Origin: Candidatus Saccharimonadota bacterium
GTDB lineage: Bacteria > Patescibacteriota > Saccharimonadia > Saccharimonadales > UBA4665
Reading direction: 5' to 3'
Length of the DNA stretch: 32,000 nt
Assembly (NCBI GenBank): GCA_002952755.1
Contig: CP025011.1
Span: 600,001 to 632,000 of the forward strand
This document shows positions 1-8,111 of the stretch, in pieces. Both the position numbers and the translations under genes were made by a program. Each line of letters begins with the position of its first letter. Position 1 is the first letter of the stretch. The notes beneath the pieces are model-generated. The model saw nothing but the letters and a program-made list of their open reading frames with translations, was not told the DNA's origin and searched no databases.

Positions 1-138
1 GGAGAAGAGCTGACTTTCCTTGAATGCAATCCGAACGGTCAGTACATGTGGCTTGAAGATGAACTGCACTTACCGTTATCCGAAGCTGTTGCAGATGAGT
101 TGATACGGATTGCCGAGGGCGGGGCTCACCTTCTCTGA
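1..138 (+). CDS. 3' end of a gene cut by the window edge; the C-terminus looks like an ATP-grasp ligase (RimK or ATP-grasp peptide-maturase type)
   Basis: Frame 1 is open from base 1 to TGA at 136-138: GEELTFLECNPNGQYMWLEDELHLPLSEAVADELIRIAEGGAHLL*. The FLExNPNGQ-aromatic-xW stretch followed by LPLxxAVAxxL is the pattern I associate with the C-terminal strand and helix of ATP-grasp enzymes. Only 45 residues are visible, so the family call is tentative. Confidence 0.4.
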   Translation, partial: GEELTFLECNPNGQYMWLEDELHLPLSEAVADELIRIAEGGAHLL

Positions 139-638
139 TGTGGCAGGGTGTGGGTCCGTCAACTGGCTCTCCTTGGTCGCAACTCTTATCCTTCTCGCAA
201 GAAAAAATAGAACAACTTAGCTTTATTTATAATCAAGGAGGGATAATTATTAGTGGTCCGGATGAGATTTGAAGTATGCTTTTAATTTTTCAATGTAAGA
301 ATTTTTTAAGCGATCCTCTGTAAATGCTTGTTGGTCATGGTTGTAATAAAGCTTGTCGTCTTCATATCGCGGGAAGACATGAACATGAAAACGCCAGACG
401 TCTTGATCTCCCGCTGGCTCATTATGCTGTCGTTTATTGCCAGAAACCGCACAGCGTAGCTAAATGCCAATAGCTTCGTCAAAATAGAGTAAAGACCGAC
501 CTTATATTTACAACAGAGATCTAGAGTTAGCAAGGGAGATTGTAGATAAAGGTTGGGTAGGCCCAGGTAATCCTCAGACAACTATTGTTGCAAAGCGTAG
601 CAGTTTTAAATATGATTTAAGCGTAAGTTAAATTCAGT

Positions 639-644
639 GGAGGG
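639..644 (+). promoter_or_regulatory. Shine-Dalgarno site for the Rhs gene
   Basis: GGAGGG at 639-644 lies 6 nt upstream of the GTG start at 651. It is preceded by an AT-rich ~500-bp non-coding stretch. Confidence 0.55.
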
Positions 645-650
645 TTTCCT

Positions 651-785
651 GTGGGTGTGTCTGTATTTCGTGTGCCTAAAACCTTTATCAACTCTTTCCT
701 GCGTGCTGGAAAGCGCCTGTCGGCGCTATTTTTATGCTTTTTCTTTTTGCTAACTTCTACAATACCCACGCTCTCTGCGTATGCA
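651..785 (+). other. Sec-type signal peptide of the Rhs protein (aa 1-45)
   Basis: MGVSVFRVPKTFINSFLRAGKRLSALFLCFFFLLTSTIPTLSAYA|AE has a basic n-region, a hydrophobic core and an A-x-A-type cleavage site (AYA). Confidence 0.75.
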
Positions 786-3700
786 GCTGAACGGCTAGAC
801 TCACCTCCCAAAGCTCCTATAGATCAAAGCATAACTGCTGCTCATTCTAAAACCCCACCTACAGGCCTCAACACGCCAATGAAAACAGACTATGCACCTG
901 CTTTGTCGACACTTCAATCTAAGAACAAGTTAGCGGCTGACTATTCTCCTGCAGTTAAGGGAGCGTCATCAGTTTTAGGCATGACGAATAATACAACTCC
1001 GTCAAATAGCAGCGCAGCTGGCCTGCAATCTCCAGTCGTGCCTAAAACAGGTAAGACCGAGGAAATCATTAGCAAGCGAACCGCTAACTCGACTACGACG
1101 AAAAATGAAGACGGTAGCTATACCGTCCGAAAGTACGAAACCTCCAAATTCTACAAGCGGAATAACGACTGGAAAACGATTGACACTAAACTTGTAGAAG
1201 ACACCGACTCTGGTGATGCTGGCAATGTTCTTGGTGATATTTTTGGTAAGGCAGAATCATTATTTAAATCGACAAACACTTACACGGTGAAACAAAACGA
1301 CTGGCTGGCACGCTTTGCTCCGAGCGGCTCCAAGCAAGCCATGGTCCGTATAAAGAAGGGCAATCAGGAGGTTGGCTTCTCGCCGCAAAATGCTAAGGAT
1401 GGCGTTACGCCTATTGTTACAACTGACGATAACGGGGAGCAGACAGTCCATTACTATGATCTCTGGCCGGGCGTAAATCTTGAGTACATAGTCAAAGCGG
1501 ATGAACTCAAGGAAAACATAGTACTCAAAGACAAATTGGCCACAAGTGACTTTGCCTTTAATGTTACCGGCGCGACACTCAAGAAACCGGCAGCGAAGAC
1601 TGAAGTTGCCGGACCTATATACGATATCGATGGTGCATTGGGGAATGAATTTGCAGTAGCGCCCTTGGCTGTCGTGCTAAACGCATTTGGTGTCGAAGAT
1701 GCCGGTCCAGCCTTGCAGCACTCCTACGCGGATGGCGTGTTCAAGATTTCACTAACCCATGACTATGTATCTAATCTTCCGGGTAAGGCATTCCCTTTGG
1801 CAATTGACCCAACATATGTGCACCAAAATCACTTTGGGACACGTGCTGGCGGTAACTACGTAAGTTTTAAAAGTGACGGATACGTGTGCGACGCAACAAT
1901 TTGTAACCCATATTTCGGATCGGTGCTTGACTCTAATTACATATGGCGCAGCTGGCGCAGCATGCTTTTTTCTGACTATAGTGAAGTTAAAGGGCATCAG
2001 CTCAATAATGTCACGTTCCACTTCACACAGCGCCTTGGTCTGTCCGTATCTGGACCTACCGATCCGCATGCGTTATATACCTGGCATGGTAGCTGTTTTA
2101 ACTATAATTGCCGGGGAGTCCAAGGTGGGTCGGGCGTTGTTGGTACATCGGGGGACATCGATGTTACGGCAATCTACCAAAACCGCATTGCCGCCGGTGA
2201 CTATGGAGCATGGCTTCAGTTAAGTGGTGAAGAAGGTACTTATACGAGCTATAAAAATACTGATCCGGATAATTCGTGGGTCCAATTTACATTTACGGAC
2301 GTGCTGCCAGCTCCTAATATAGTCACCCCGGCTAACGGGCAGGTGTATATTGACCCCCAAGTTTCATTTAGTGCCACGCCAGGCTTGACTAATCCGTCGA
2401 GTAACGCAGCCTTGCAGTATAATTTTTGCGTCAGTACGGGCCCGGCTTGTGCGGGAGCGGTTATGGTATCCAGTCCGCAGCCCAGTTCTCAGTGGACGAT
2501 CCCCGATGGTCTGTTGCAGGACGGCACTACTTATTATGTGCAGGCACAAACGTACGATACGAACTTACAGATATACAGTCCTTATGGCGTTGCGGCATCT
2601 TTCAAAATAGATAGTCGCACTGGCAAAGATAGCACACAGGCCTATGACACACTCGGCCCGGTATCGGTGGATTTAGCAACTGGCAATGTGAATACTAGTG
2701 AGGCAAGTCATACGAGCGCGGCCCTCGGTGGAACCATGGGCATCAGCCTTGATTACAATTCGCCAGTTAAGTCACGTCGTGGCTTAGTCGGGAAATACTG
2801 GAATGTAGTCGCAAACTATGCCGGTGGTCTACCGGCAGGTTCGCCGGATTTGACGAGAGTGGACCAAACGGTTGATTTTGATTGGCAGACAGGTTCGCCA
2901 TTAGCAGGCACTATAAACAACGATTGGATTTATGCAGCCTGGGACGGATTCTTTGTGCCTCAGACCACGGGAACTTACTATTTCGGCGGCAATAATGACG
3001 ACATGCTGAGCATAAAGGTAAACGGCCAACAGCTTTATTCAAATGGGGGCTGCTACAGTGGCGTCTGTTATGGCTCATCGATTAATCTTGCGGCTGGCCA
3101 GGCGGTGCCAATTCATATGGAGTACGAAGAAGTAACGGGTCCTGCCTATGCCCATCTGCACGTAAAGACTCCTGATAGTGTTGATCATGTTATGCCAGTT
3201 GATTGGCTACAGACGGGCGTTAGGCCGGTAACACAGAATACGGGTTTGACTGGTAAGTACTATAGAGACCCTAATGGCACTCACGATTTTACTGACTCAA
3301 ACAATACACTTCTCATGCAGCGTACCGATCCTGTTGTCAGCTTTAACTGGCAGAGCGGGCCAGCTGTGCCAGGCGGTCCAAGTGATAAGTTCATGGCGAG
3401 ATGGACGGGATACGTGACTGCACCCACTAGTGGAAGTTATGACTTTGGGACGGTTAGCGACGACGGAAGTCGCATCACGATAGGCACTAATAATACTCAA
3501 ATCGTAAACAAATGGAATGATGATGGCGGAACACCAGCGTGGGGTACGTATTCATTAGTAGGCGGTGTGCCGACCCCGATTACCGTTGACTATTATGAAA
3601 ATGGCGGCGGGGCGATGATGTACCTCAAGATGCGCGGCAATGGCATGGCCGAACAGATTGTGCCTACCAGTTGGTTATCGACGGGAGCCTCCGTGCTGCC

Positions 3701-6700
3701 GAGTGGCTGGGCGATGGGAATCGACGCTGACGGCAATCTGTCGTACGACCACCTCAAAGCAATGCAGAACAGCGTAGTACTCACAGATTCAACCGGCAGT
3801 ACTCACGAATACGTTTGGGATAACGATAAGCAGAACTACAAGCCGCCGGTTAACGAAGATGGCAATTTAGTGCGAAATGCTGACGGTACTTACACACTCC
3901 AGGACACCGATGGCCGTACGTATGTATTCAAGGCCGATGGTACGATTGATTCAGTTACTTCAGCTACTGACGACTTGAAGCCGACAGCGCTGAAGTATCA
4001 ATATGGCGGCACACCGTCGCACCTAATTGAAATAACGGACGGCGTAGATACCTCTCGCTGGGCTAGGGCCTACTACTACGGTGATACCGCCAATTGCCCC
4101 GCATCGGTAATTGGCTTTGACACTCCAGCAGCTGCGCTAAATAAACTCTGTGCCGTAACGACCAATGATGGCCGTACTACGTCGATCTACTACAAAGACG
4201 GCAATCTGGTGCGTATCCAAAAGCCGGGTAACGAAATTACCGATTACCAATATGATGCGCCTGGAAGAATCGTATCAATGCGAGATTCAGTTGCAAACGA
4301 CGCCATTGCGGCTGGAGTACGCACCGATGATGCTACCGTCCTGACGGCACTTTACTATGACGATCTAGGGCGGGTTATCAGTGTGACTGAGCCTGCTGCT
4401 ACGGCGGGTGCTGTCCGTTTGCAGCATAGCCTCGAATATCTGCCAGGCAACGGTACCTACTACGGAGCAACTCAGCAACGTACGGTAGGGGCAACAGAAC
4501 CAAACGGCTATGCGCACCGAGTCGAGTATGATAGCCTATACCGCACGATCGCCGATAAAGACATCGCTGGTCTCACCGATACTACTGCATGGGATCCTGT
4601 AAAAGATCTCATGCTCAGCACAACTGATGAGACTGGCCTTAAATCAACGACTATTTACGACGACGACGATCGTGCAATATCCCACTATGGTCCGGCACCA
4701 GCGGCCTGGTACGGAACAGACCGTAAACCGTCAAGCTCATATGTTAACCAAGTCCCGCATACCGACACGAACTATGATGAAAATATCCCAGGCATGGCAC
4801 TTGCATACTACGGATATGCCCCCACGAGCAAAGTATTAACTGGTGCTCCTAAGCTTCATACTACGAATATTCCTGGCGCAGCCACCGGCACATTTAGTAA
4901 CGATTTTGGTACAACTTCTCCGATAACTGGGGTAACGGACAATTGGGGCTTCCGGGCTACTGCTAAATTACGCCTGCCTCTGACTGGCAACTATACCTAC
5001 AGAATTGTTTCCGACGACGGCGTGCGACTCTATATTGACGATACGCTACAACTTGATGACTGGAACGCTGGCCCTACTCGTAGCCACCCCGCCGTTGGTT
5101 ACGTAAATACTGCCAATACTCTGCATCGTTTTAAGATTGAGTATTTCCACACCAACGACGCTACCAGTACAAATAACGCGAACATTACCCTGTATATCAC
5201 CCCTCCCGGTGGCGCAGAAACAGCCGTTAATCTTACCCAGTACTTCACACCTGATTACGATTTGGTAACTTCTACCAAGGAGTATGATTCGGCCATCGGG
5301 GATGCTACAGCCACAACCAACTACGGCAGCAGTCCGGAACTTGGCCTAGCGCAAAGCAAAACAGCCGATTCAGCAGGTCTCAACCTGACCTCCTCAAGTA
5401 CGTACGAAACTCAAGGTGCCACTGGCAGCTTACTTCGTCAGACTAGTTCTACTCTTCCTGGCGGTACTACCTCTACCTACAGCTACTATGGCGCAACCGA
5501 AACACGGCAGAACCCCTGCAACACTTCACAAACCTTCAGACAGGCGGGTATGCTAAAACTAAAGACGGAGGCGGACCCAGACGGCGCTGGTTTACAGGCG
5601 GCACGTACCACCGAAACCGTGTATGATGATGCCGGAAGAGTGATAGCAACTCGCTTAAACAGCGACCCTTGGACTTGTACGACCTACGATGCACGTGGCC
5701 GTGTAACAGAAATCGACATTCCAGCCTTTAATGGTGCAGCTGCAAGGACAGTACGAAACGATTATGCTGTCGGCGGAAATCCATTTGAAGCTACAACTTG
5801 GGATGGCAGCGGCTGGATAGTAACTTGGATAGATCTGTTAGGGCGTACTACCAAATACCGCGACGTCTTTGACGACGAGACCATAACCACCTATGATAGC
5901 CTTGGTCGTATGACCCAACAACAAAGCCCTGCGGGGACCCAAACGTATATCTACGACAACTATAATCGGCTCACACAGCAACAGCTCGATGGCACCACAT
6001 TGGCCAATGTCTACTATGATGCATATGGCAGGATAGATCACGTCAGCTATCCAAATGCCGGCAATCTTGGCCTCGCCAGTATAAGCAGGGATGCTAATGG
6101 CCGGACAAGCGGGCTGACATATAACACCAGTACCAATACGCCTGGTTCTAATCTAGTGCCAAATCCATCACTTGAGACAGTAACAGCCGGCCAGCCAGAT
6201 AACTGGAACCAGGATCACTGGGGTACCAATACGACGAACTTTGCCTATTCCACTGACGCTCACACCGGTACTCATAGCGGCAGGGTAGATATGACCAGTT
6301 ACACCGATGGGGACGCCAAATGGGACTTTACCCCGGTTAACATCAGCGGTGGTACCAATTACACCTTTAGTGATTACTATAAATCAAATGTTGCCACCAA
6401 TGTCTTCGTGCAATATACCTACGCCGACAATAGTACTTCATATCAATGGCTCGGTAATCCGGCGGCCTCTAGCGGTAGTTGGGCGCAGGCAACCTACAAT
6501 TTTACTGCACCGGCTACAGCCATTAAAGCATCGATATTCCATGCGATAAACGCGGTCGGCTGGATGCAGTTAGATGATATGGACATGCATTTAACGTACG
6601 GGTCGGCAGCGGTTTCTGACGCTGTCACCCGCAGCCAGTCCGGACAAATCCTGAACGACATCGTAACTGCTGGCTCCAACAACCTCTGGAGCACCTACCA

Positions 6701-8111
6701 GTACGACAAAGCCGACAGATTAACTAGCGCGGCGATCGGGCCGCACACATACAGTTATGGCTTCGGGACAGAAAATGCAGCTTGTGGCAGCGGAGCCGGA
6801 ACAAATGTGAACGCTGGTAAAAACGGCAACCGTACCACGCAGACCATAGATGGCACAACTACTTGGTATTGCTACGACAATGCCGACCGGCTAATTAGCA
6901 GCAGTGATCCCACAGCCGATTACAGTGAATACGACCCTCATGGCAACATGACTTACCTTGGTACCGGCACCATACCACTGCGTCTGTGTTATGACTCCAG
7001 TGACCGTAATTCTTGTCTGGTTAACTACAATAGTTCGGGAAATGGCTCGGCCACGTACTATAGTCGTGATGTCCAGGGCCGTATAACCTACCGTGAAAAT
7101 GACACCATAACGGCCCGCAATTGGAACGCGAATTCTCAGATCTGGTACGATTACACGGGTGCGGGCGACACCCCGGATTACGCCCGTGACCCCAATTGGA
7201 ACATTGTAGAGAAATACATCCAACTTCCTGGTGGTGCAGAGCTGACAATCCGTCCACTGCAACCCACCGCTGCAGCCAAAGCCGTCTACTCACTCCCCAA
7301 CATCCACGGGGATACCCTGCTCACTACTGACGGCACCGGCACCAATACCTCCACCGGCAATGGCCCAGCCAACAGTTTTACCTACGATCCCTTCGGTAAT
7401 ATATTACCTGGCAGTACTCAGCCCAGTAACATAGCTGGTACTGGTTCCTTTGGCTGGCTTGGTCAACATGAGAAGTTCACTGAAAGTACTCTAGCTCTCG
7501 CACCAATTCAAATGGGCTCAAGAGTATATCTGCCGACGCTTGGACGATTCACGAGTGTAGACCCGGTGCAAGGCGGCACCGAGAACAATTACGTCTACGT
7601 CCTCGACCCAATTAACGAGTTCGATCTTGATGGCAACTTTGGCTGGGGCAACCTCGCGAAGAGCGTGACAAGGGTCGCGACGATTGGCTCGTTTGTACCG
7701 GGGCCGATAGGTTTAGCTTGCACTGGTGTAGCTGTGGCGGGCAATCTGGCACAAGGACACTACAAGGAAGCCGGACTTGCTGCTGTCGGGGGCGCCTTCG
7801 GAGTGGCAAGACTTGCAACGAAGGCGACGGCGATTGCAAGAGTTGCAGCGGCAACTTCTAAAGATGGCAATGCAGGCTTCAATATGCTCAAGGCGCATAC
7901 TATTACTGCTCGACTTGCTGGAAAGATATATACTTCGGGATCTAATGGGCAGAAAGGCTTTCGCATCGCTACTAAGGCCAGTGGAGCAAAGATCGCAAAT
8001 TTCGAACAGTTTAGGCGTAGCATCACGTATGCTAGCAGAAATAGTACTTTAAGGCGATTCCCGAATAGAAGTCAAAATCTACACCTTAGAATAGGAGGAT
8101 GGTTATGGTAA
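651..8111 (+). CDS. Giant secreted Rhs/YD-repeat polymorphic toxin (WapA-style, Sec signal) with PA14 and CBM-like modules and a variable C-terminal toxin tip
   Basis: A 7461-nt ORF of 2486 aa with a GTG start after an SD. It has an N-terminal signal peptide and an S/T/P-rich linker. There are many YD repeats: YQYDAPGRIVSM, YYDDLGRVISV, VEYDSLYRTI, VYDDAGRVIAT, TYDARGRVTEI, TYDSLGRMTQQ, IYDNYNRLTQQ, YYDAYGRIDHV, YQYDKADRLTSA, CYDNADRLISS, EYDPHGNMTYL. The RHS core reads FTYDPFGN...GWLGQHEKF...GSRVYLPTLGRFTSVDPVQGGTENNYVYVLDPINEFDLDGN and is followed by a non-repeat tail. Confidence 0.95.
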   Translation: MGVSVFRVPKTFINSFLRAGKRLSALFLCFFFLLTSTIPTLSAYAAERLDSPPKAPIDQSITAAHSKTPPTGLNTPMKTDYAPALSTLQSKNKLAADYSPAVKGASSVLGMTNNTTPSNSSAAGLQSPVVPKTGKTEEIISKRTANSTTTKNEDGSYTVRKYETSKFYKRNNDWKTIDTKLVEDTDSGDAGNVLGDIFGKAESLFKSTNTYTVKQNDWLARFAPSGSKQAMVRIKKGNQEVGFSPQNAKDGVTPIVTTDDNGEQTVHYYDLWPGVNLEYIVKADELKENIVLKDKLATSDFAFNVTGATLKKPAAKTEVAGPIYDIDGALGNEFAVAPLAVVLNAFGVEDAGPALQHSYADGVFKISLTHDYVSNLPGKAFPLAIDPTYVHQNHFGTRAGGNYVSFKSDGYVCDATICNPYFGSVLDSNYIWRSWRSMLFSDYSEVKGHQLNNVTFHFTQRLGLSVSGPTDPHALYTWHGSCFNYNCRGVQGGSGVVGTSGDIDVTAIYQNRIAAGDYGAWLQLSGEEGTYTSYKNTDPDNSWVQFTFTDVLPAPNIVTPANGQVYIDPQVSFSATPGLTNPSSNAALQYNFCVSTGPACAGAVMVSSPQPSSQWTIPDGLLQDGTTYYVQAQTYDTNLQIYSPYGVAASFKIDSRTGKDSTQAYDTLGPVSVDLATGNVNTSEASHTSAALGGTMGISLDYNSPVKSRRGLVGKYWNVVANYAGGLPAGSPDLTRVDQTVDFDWQTGSPLAGTINNDWIYAAWDGFFVPQTTGTYYFGGNNDDMLSIKVNGQQLYSNGGCYSGVCYGSSINLAAGQAVPIHMEYEEVTGPAYAHLHVKTPDSVDHVMPVDWLQTGVRPVTQNTGLTGKYYRDPNGTHDFTDSNNTLLMQRTDPVVSFNWQSGPAVPGGPSDKFMARWTGYVTAPTSGSYDFGTVSDDGSRITIGTNNTQIVNKWNDDGGTPAWGTYSLVGGVPTPITVDYYENGGGAMMYLKMRGNGMAEQIVPTSWLSTGASVLPSGWAMGIDADGNLSYDHLKAMQNSVVLTDSTGSTHEYVWDNDKQNYKPPVNEDGNLVRNADGTYTLQDTDGRTYVFKADGTIDSVTSATDDLKPTALKYQYGGTPSHLIEITDGVDTSRWARAYYYGDTANCPASVIGFDTPAAALNKLCAVTTNDGRTTSIYYKDGNLVRIQKPGNEITDYQYDAPGRIVSMRDSVANDAIAAGVRTDDATVLTALYYDDLGRVISVTEPAATAGAVRLQHSLEYLPGNGTYYGATQQRTVGATEPNGYAHRVEYDSLYRTIADKDIAGLTDTTAWDPVKDLMLSTTDETGLKSTTIYDDDDRAISHYGPAPAAWYGTDRKPSSSYVNQVPHTDTNYDENIPGMALAYYGYAPTSKVLTGAPKLHTTNIPGAATGTFSNDFGTTSPITGVTDNWGFRATAKLRLPLTGNYTYRIVSDDGVRLYIDDTLQLDDWNAGPTRSHPAVGYVNTANTLHRFKIEYFHTNDATSTNNANITLYITPPGGAETAVNLTQYFTPDYDLVTSTKEYDSAIGDATATTNYGSSPELGLAQSKTADSAGLNLTSSSTYETQGATGSLLRQTSSTLPGGTTSTYSYYGATETRQNPCNTSQTFRQAGMLKLKTEADPDGAGLQAARTTETVYDDAGRVIATRLNSDPWTCTTYDARGRVTEIDIPAFNGAAARTVRNDYAVGGNPFEATTWDGSGWIVTWIDLLGRTTKYRDVFDDETITTYDSLGRMTQQQSPAGTQTYIYDNYNRLTQQQLDGTTLANVYYDAYGRIDHVSYPNAGNLGLASISRDANGRTSGLTYNTSTNTPGSNLVPNPSLETVTAGQPDNWNQDHWGTNTTNFAYSTDAHTGTHSGRVDMTSYTDGDAKWDFTPVNISGGTNYTFSDYYKSNVATNVFVQYTYADNSTSYQWLGNPAASSGSWAQATYNFTAPATAIKASIFHAINAVGWMQLDDMDMHLTYGSAAVSDAVTRSQSGQILNDIVTAGSNNLWSTYQYDKADRLTSAAIGPHTYSYGFGTENAACGSGAGTNVNAGKNGNRTTQTIDGTTTWYCYDNADRLISSSDPTADYSEYDPHGNMTYLGTGTIPLRLCYDSSDRNSCLVNYNSSGNGSATYYSRDVQGRITYRENDTITARNWNANSQIWYDYTGAGDTPDYARDPNWNIVEKYIQLPGGAELTIRPLQPTAAAKAVYSLPNIHGDTLLTTDGTGTNTSTGNGPANSFTYDPFGNILPGSTQPSNIAGTGSFGWLGQHEKFTESTLALAPIQMGSRVYLPTLGRFTSVDPVQGGTENNYVYVLDPINEFDLDGNFGWGNLAKSVTRVATIGSFVPGPIGLACTGVAVAGNLAQGHYKEAGLAAVGGAFGVARLATKATAIARVAAATSKDGNAGFNMLKAHTITARLAGKIYTSGSNGQKGFRIATKASGAKIANFEQFRRSITYASRNSTLRRFPNRSQNLHLRIGGWLW
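2781..3216 (+). other. PA14 domain 1
   Basis: GLVGKYWNV...TRVDQTVDFDWQTGSP...AAWDGFFVPQTTGTYYFGGNNDDMLSIKVNGQ...HMEYEE matches the PA14 pattern (GLxGxYW/Y, xVDFxW, rWxG, tGxYxF, DDxxxlxi). Confidence 0.8.
3243..3686 (+). other. PA14 domain 2
   Basis: GLTGKYYRDPNG...RTDPVVSFNWQSG...DKFMARWTGYVTAPTSGSYDFGTVSDDGSRITIG...VDYYENGGGAMMYL is a canonical PA14 motif series. Confidence 0.85.
4791..5262 (+). other. PA14 domain 3, inserted between blocks of YD repeats
   Basis: GMALAYYGY...DNWGFRATAKLRLPLTGNYTYRIVSDDGVRLYIDD...HRFKIEYFH. YD repeats lie on both sides (ending about 4700 and restarting about 5600). Confidence 0.75.
6150..6590 (+). other. CBM4/9-like carbohydrate-binding (jelly-roll) module inserted in the YD-repeat region
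   Basis: NLVPNPSLETVTAGQPDNWNQDHWGTNTTNFAYSTDAHTGTHSGRVDMTSYTDGDAKWDF...GGTNYTFSDYYKS...WAQATYNFTAPATA...GWMQLDDMDM. The NPSFE/xxxPxxW...GxxSxxV...Y.fS.w.k pattern is typical of CBM_4_9-type modules. This is assigned by motif only. Confidence 0.55.
7377..7637 (+). other. RHS repeat-associated core domain ending in a variant cleavage motif
   Basis: FTYDPFGNILPG...GWLGQHEKFTES...IQMGSRVYLPTLGRFTSVDPVQGGTENNYVYVLDPINEFDLDGN. The canonical cores end in DPxGL, whereas here the ending is D-L-D-G-N. Confidence 0.85.
7638..8108 (+). other. Variable C-terminal toxin tip (157 aa), family not recognised
   Basis: The position immediately after the RHS core is where polymorphic toxins carry their effector. 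The sequence is FGWGNLAKSVTRVATIGSFVPGPIGLACTGVAVAGNLAQGHYKEAGLAAVGGAFGVARLATKATAIARVAAATSKDGNAGFNMLKAHTITARLAGKIYTSGSNGQKGFRIATKASGAKIANFEQFRRSITYASRNSTLRRFPNRSQNLHLRIGGWLW. I could not find any known catalytic motif in it. Confidence 0.7.

Noticed and set aside
306-581. A 91-aa minus-strand ORF in the region upstream of the Rhs gene.
   Set aside because: It has no SD and no recognisable motif, and its composition is odd. It lies in AT-rich promoter-like DNA and is overlapped by equally plausible plus-strand short ORFs. It is most likely non-coding.
1260-8052. Many 60-125-aa ORFs on the antisense strand or in alternative frames within the Rhs gene (for example 1752-2069, 6891-7262, 7021-7293, 7612-8026, 7777-8052).
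   Set aside because: They lie entirely inside a 7.4-kb ORF with strong YD/PA14 signatures. They are low-complexity, stop-free shadows typical of long, moderately GC-rich coding regions.
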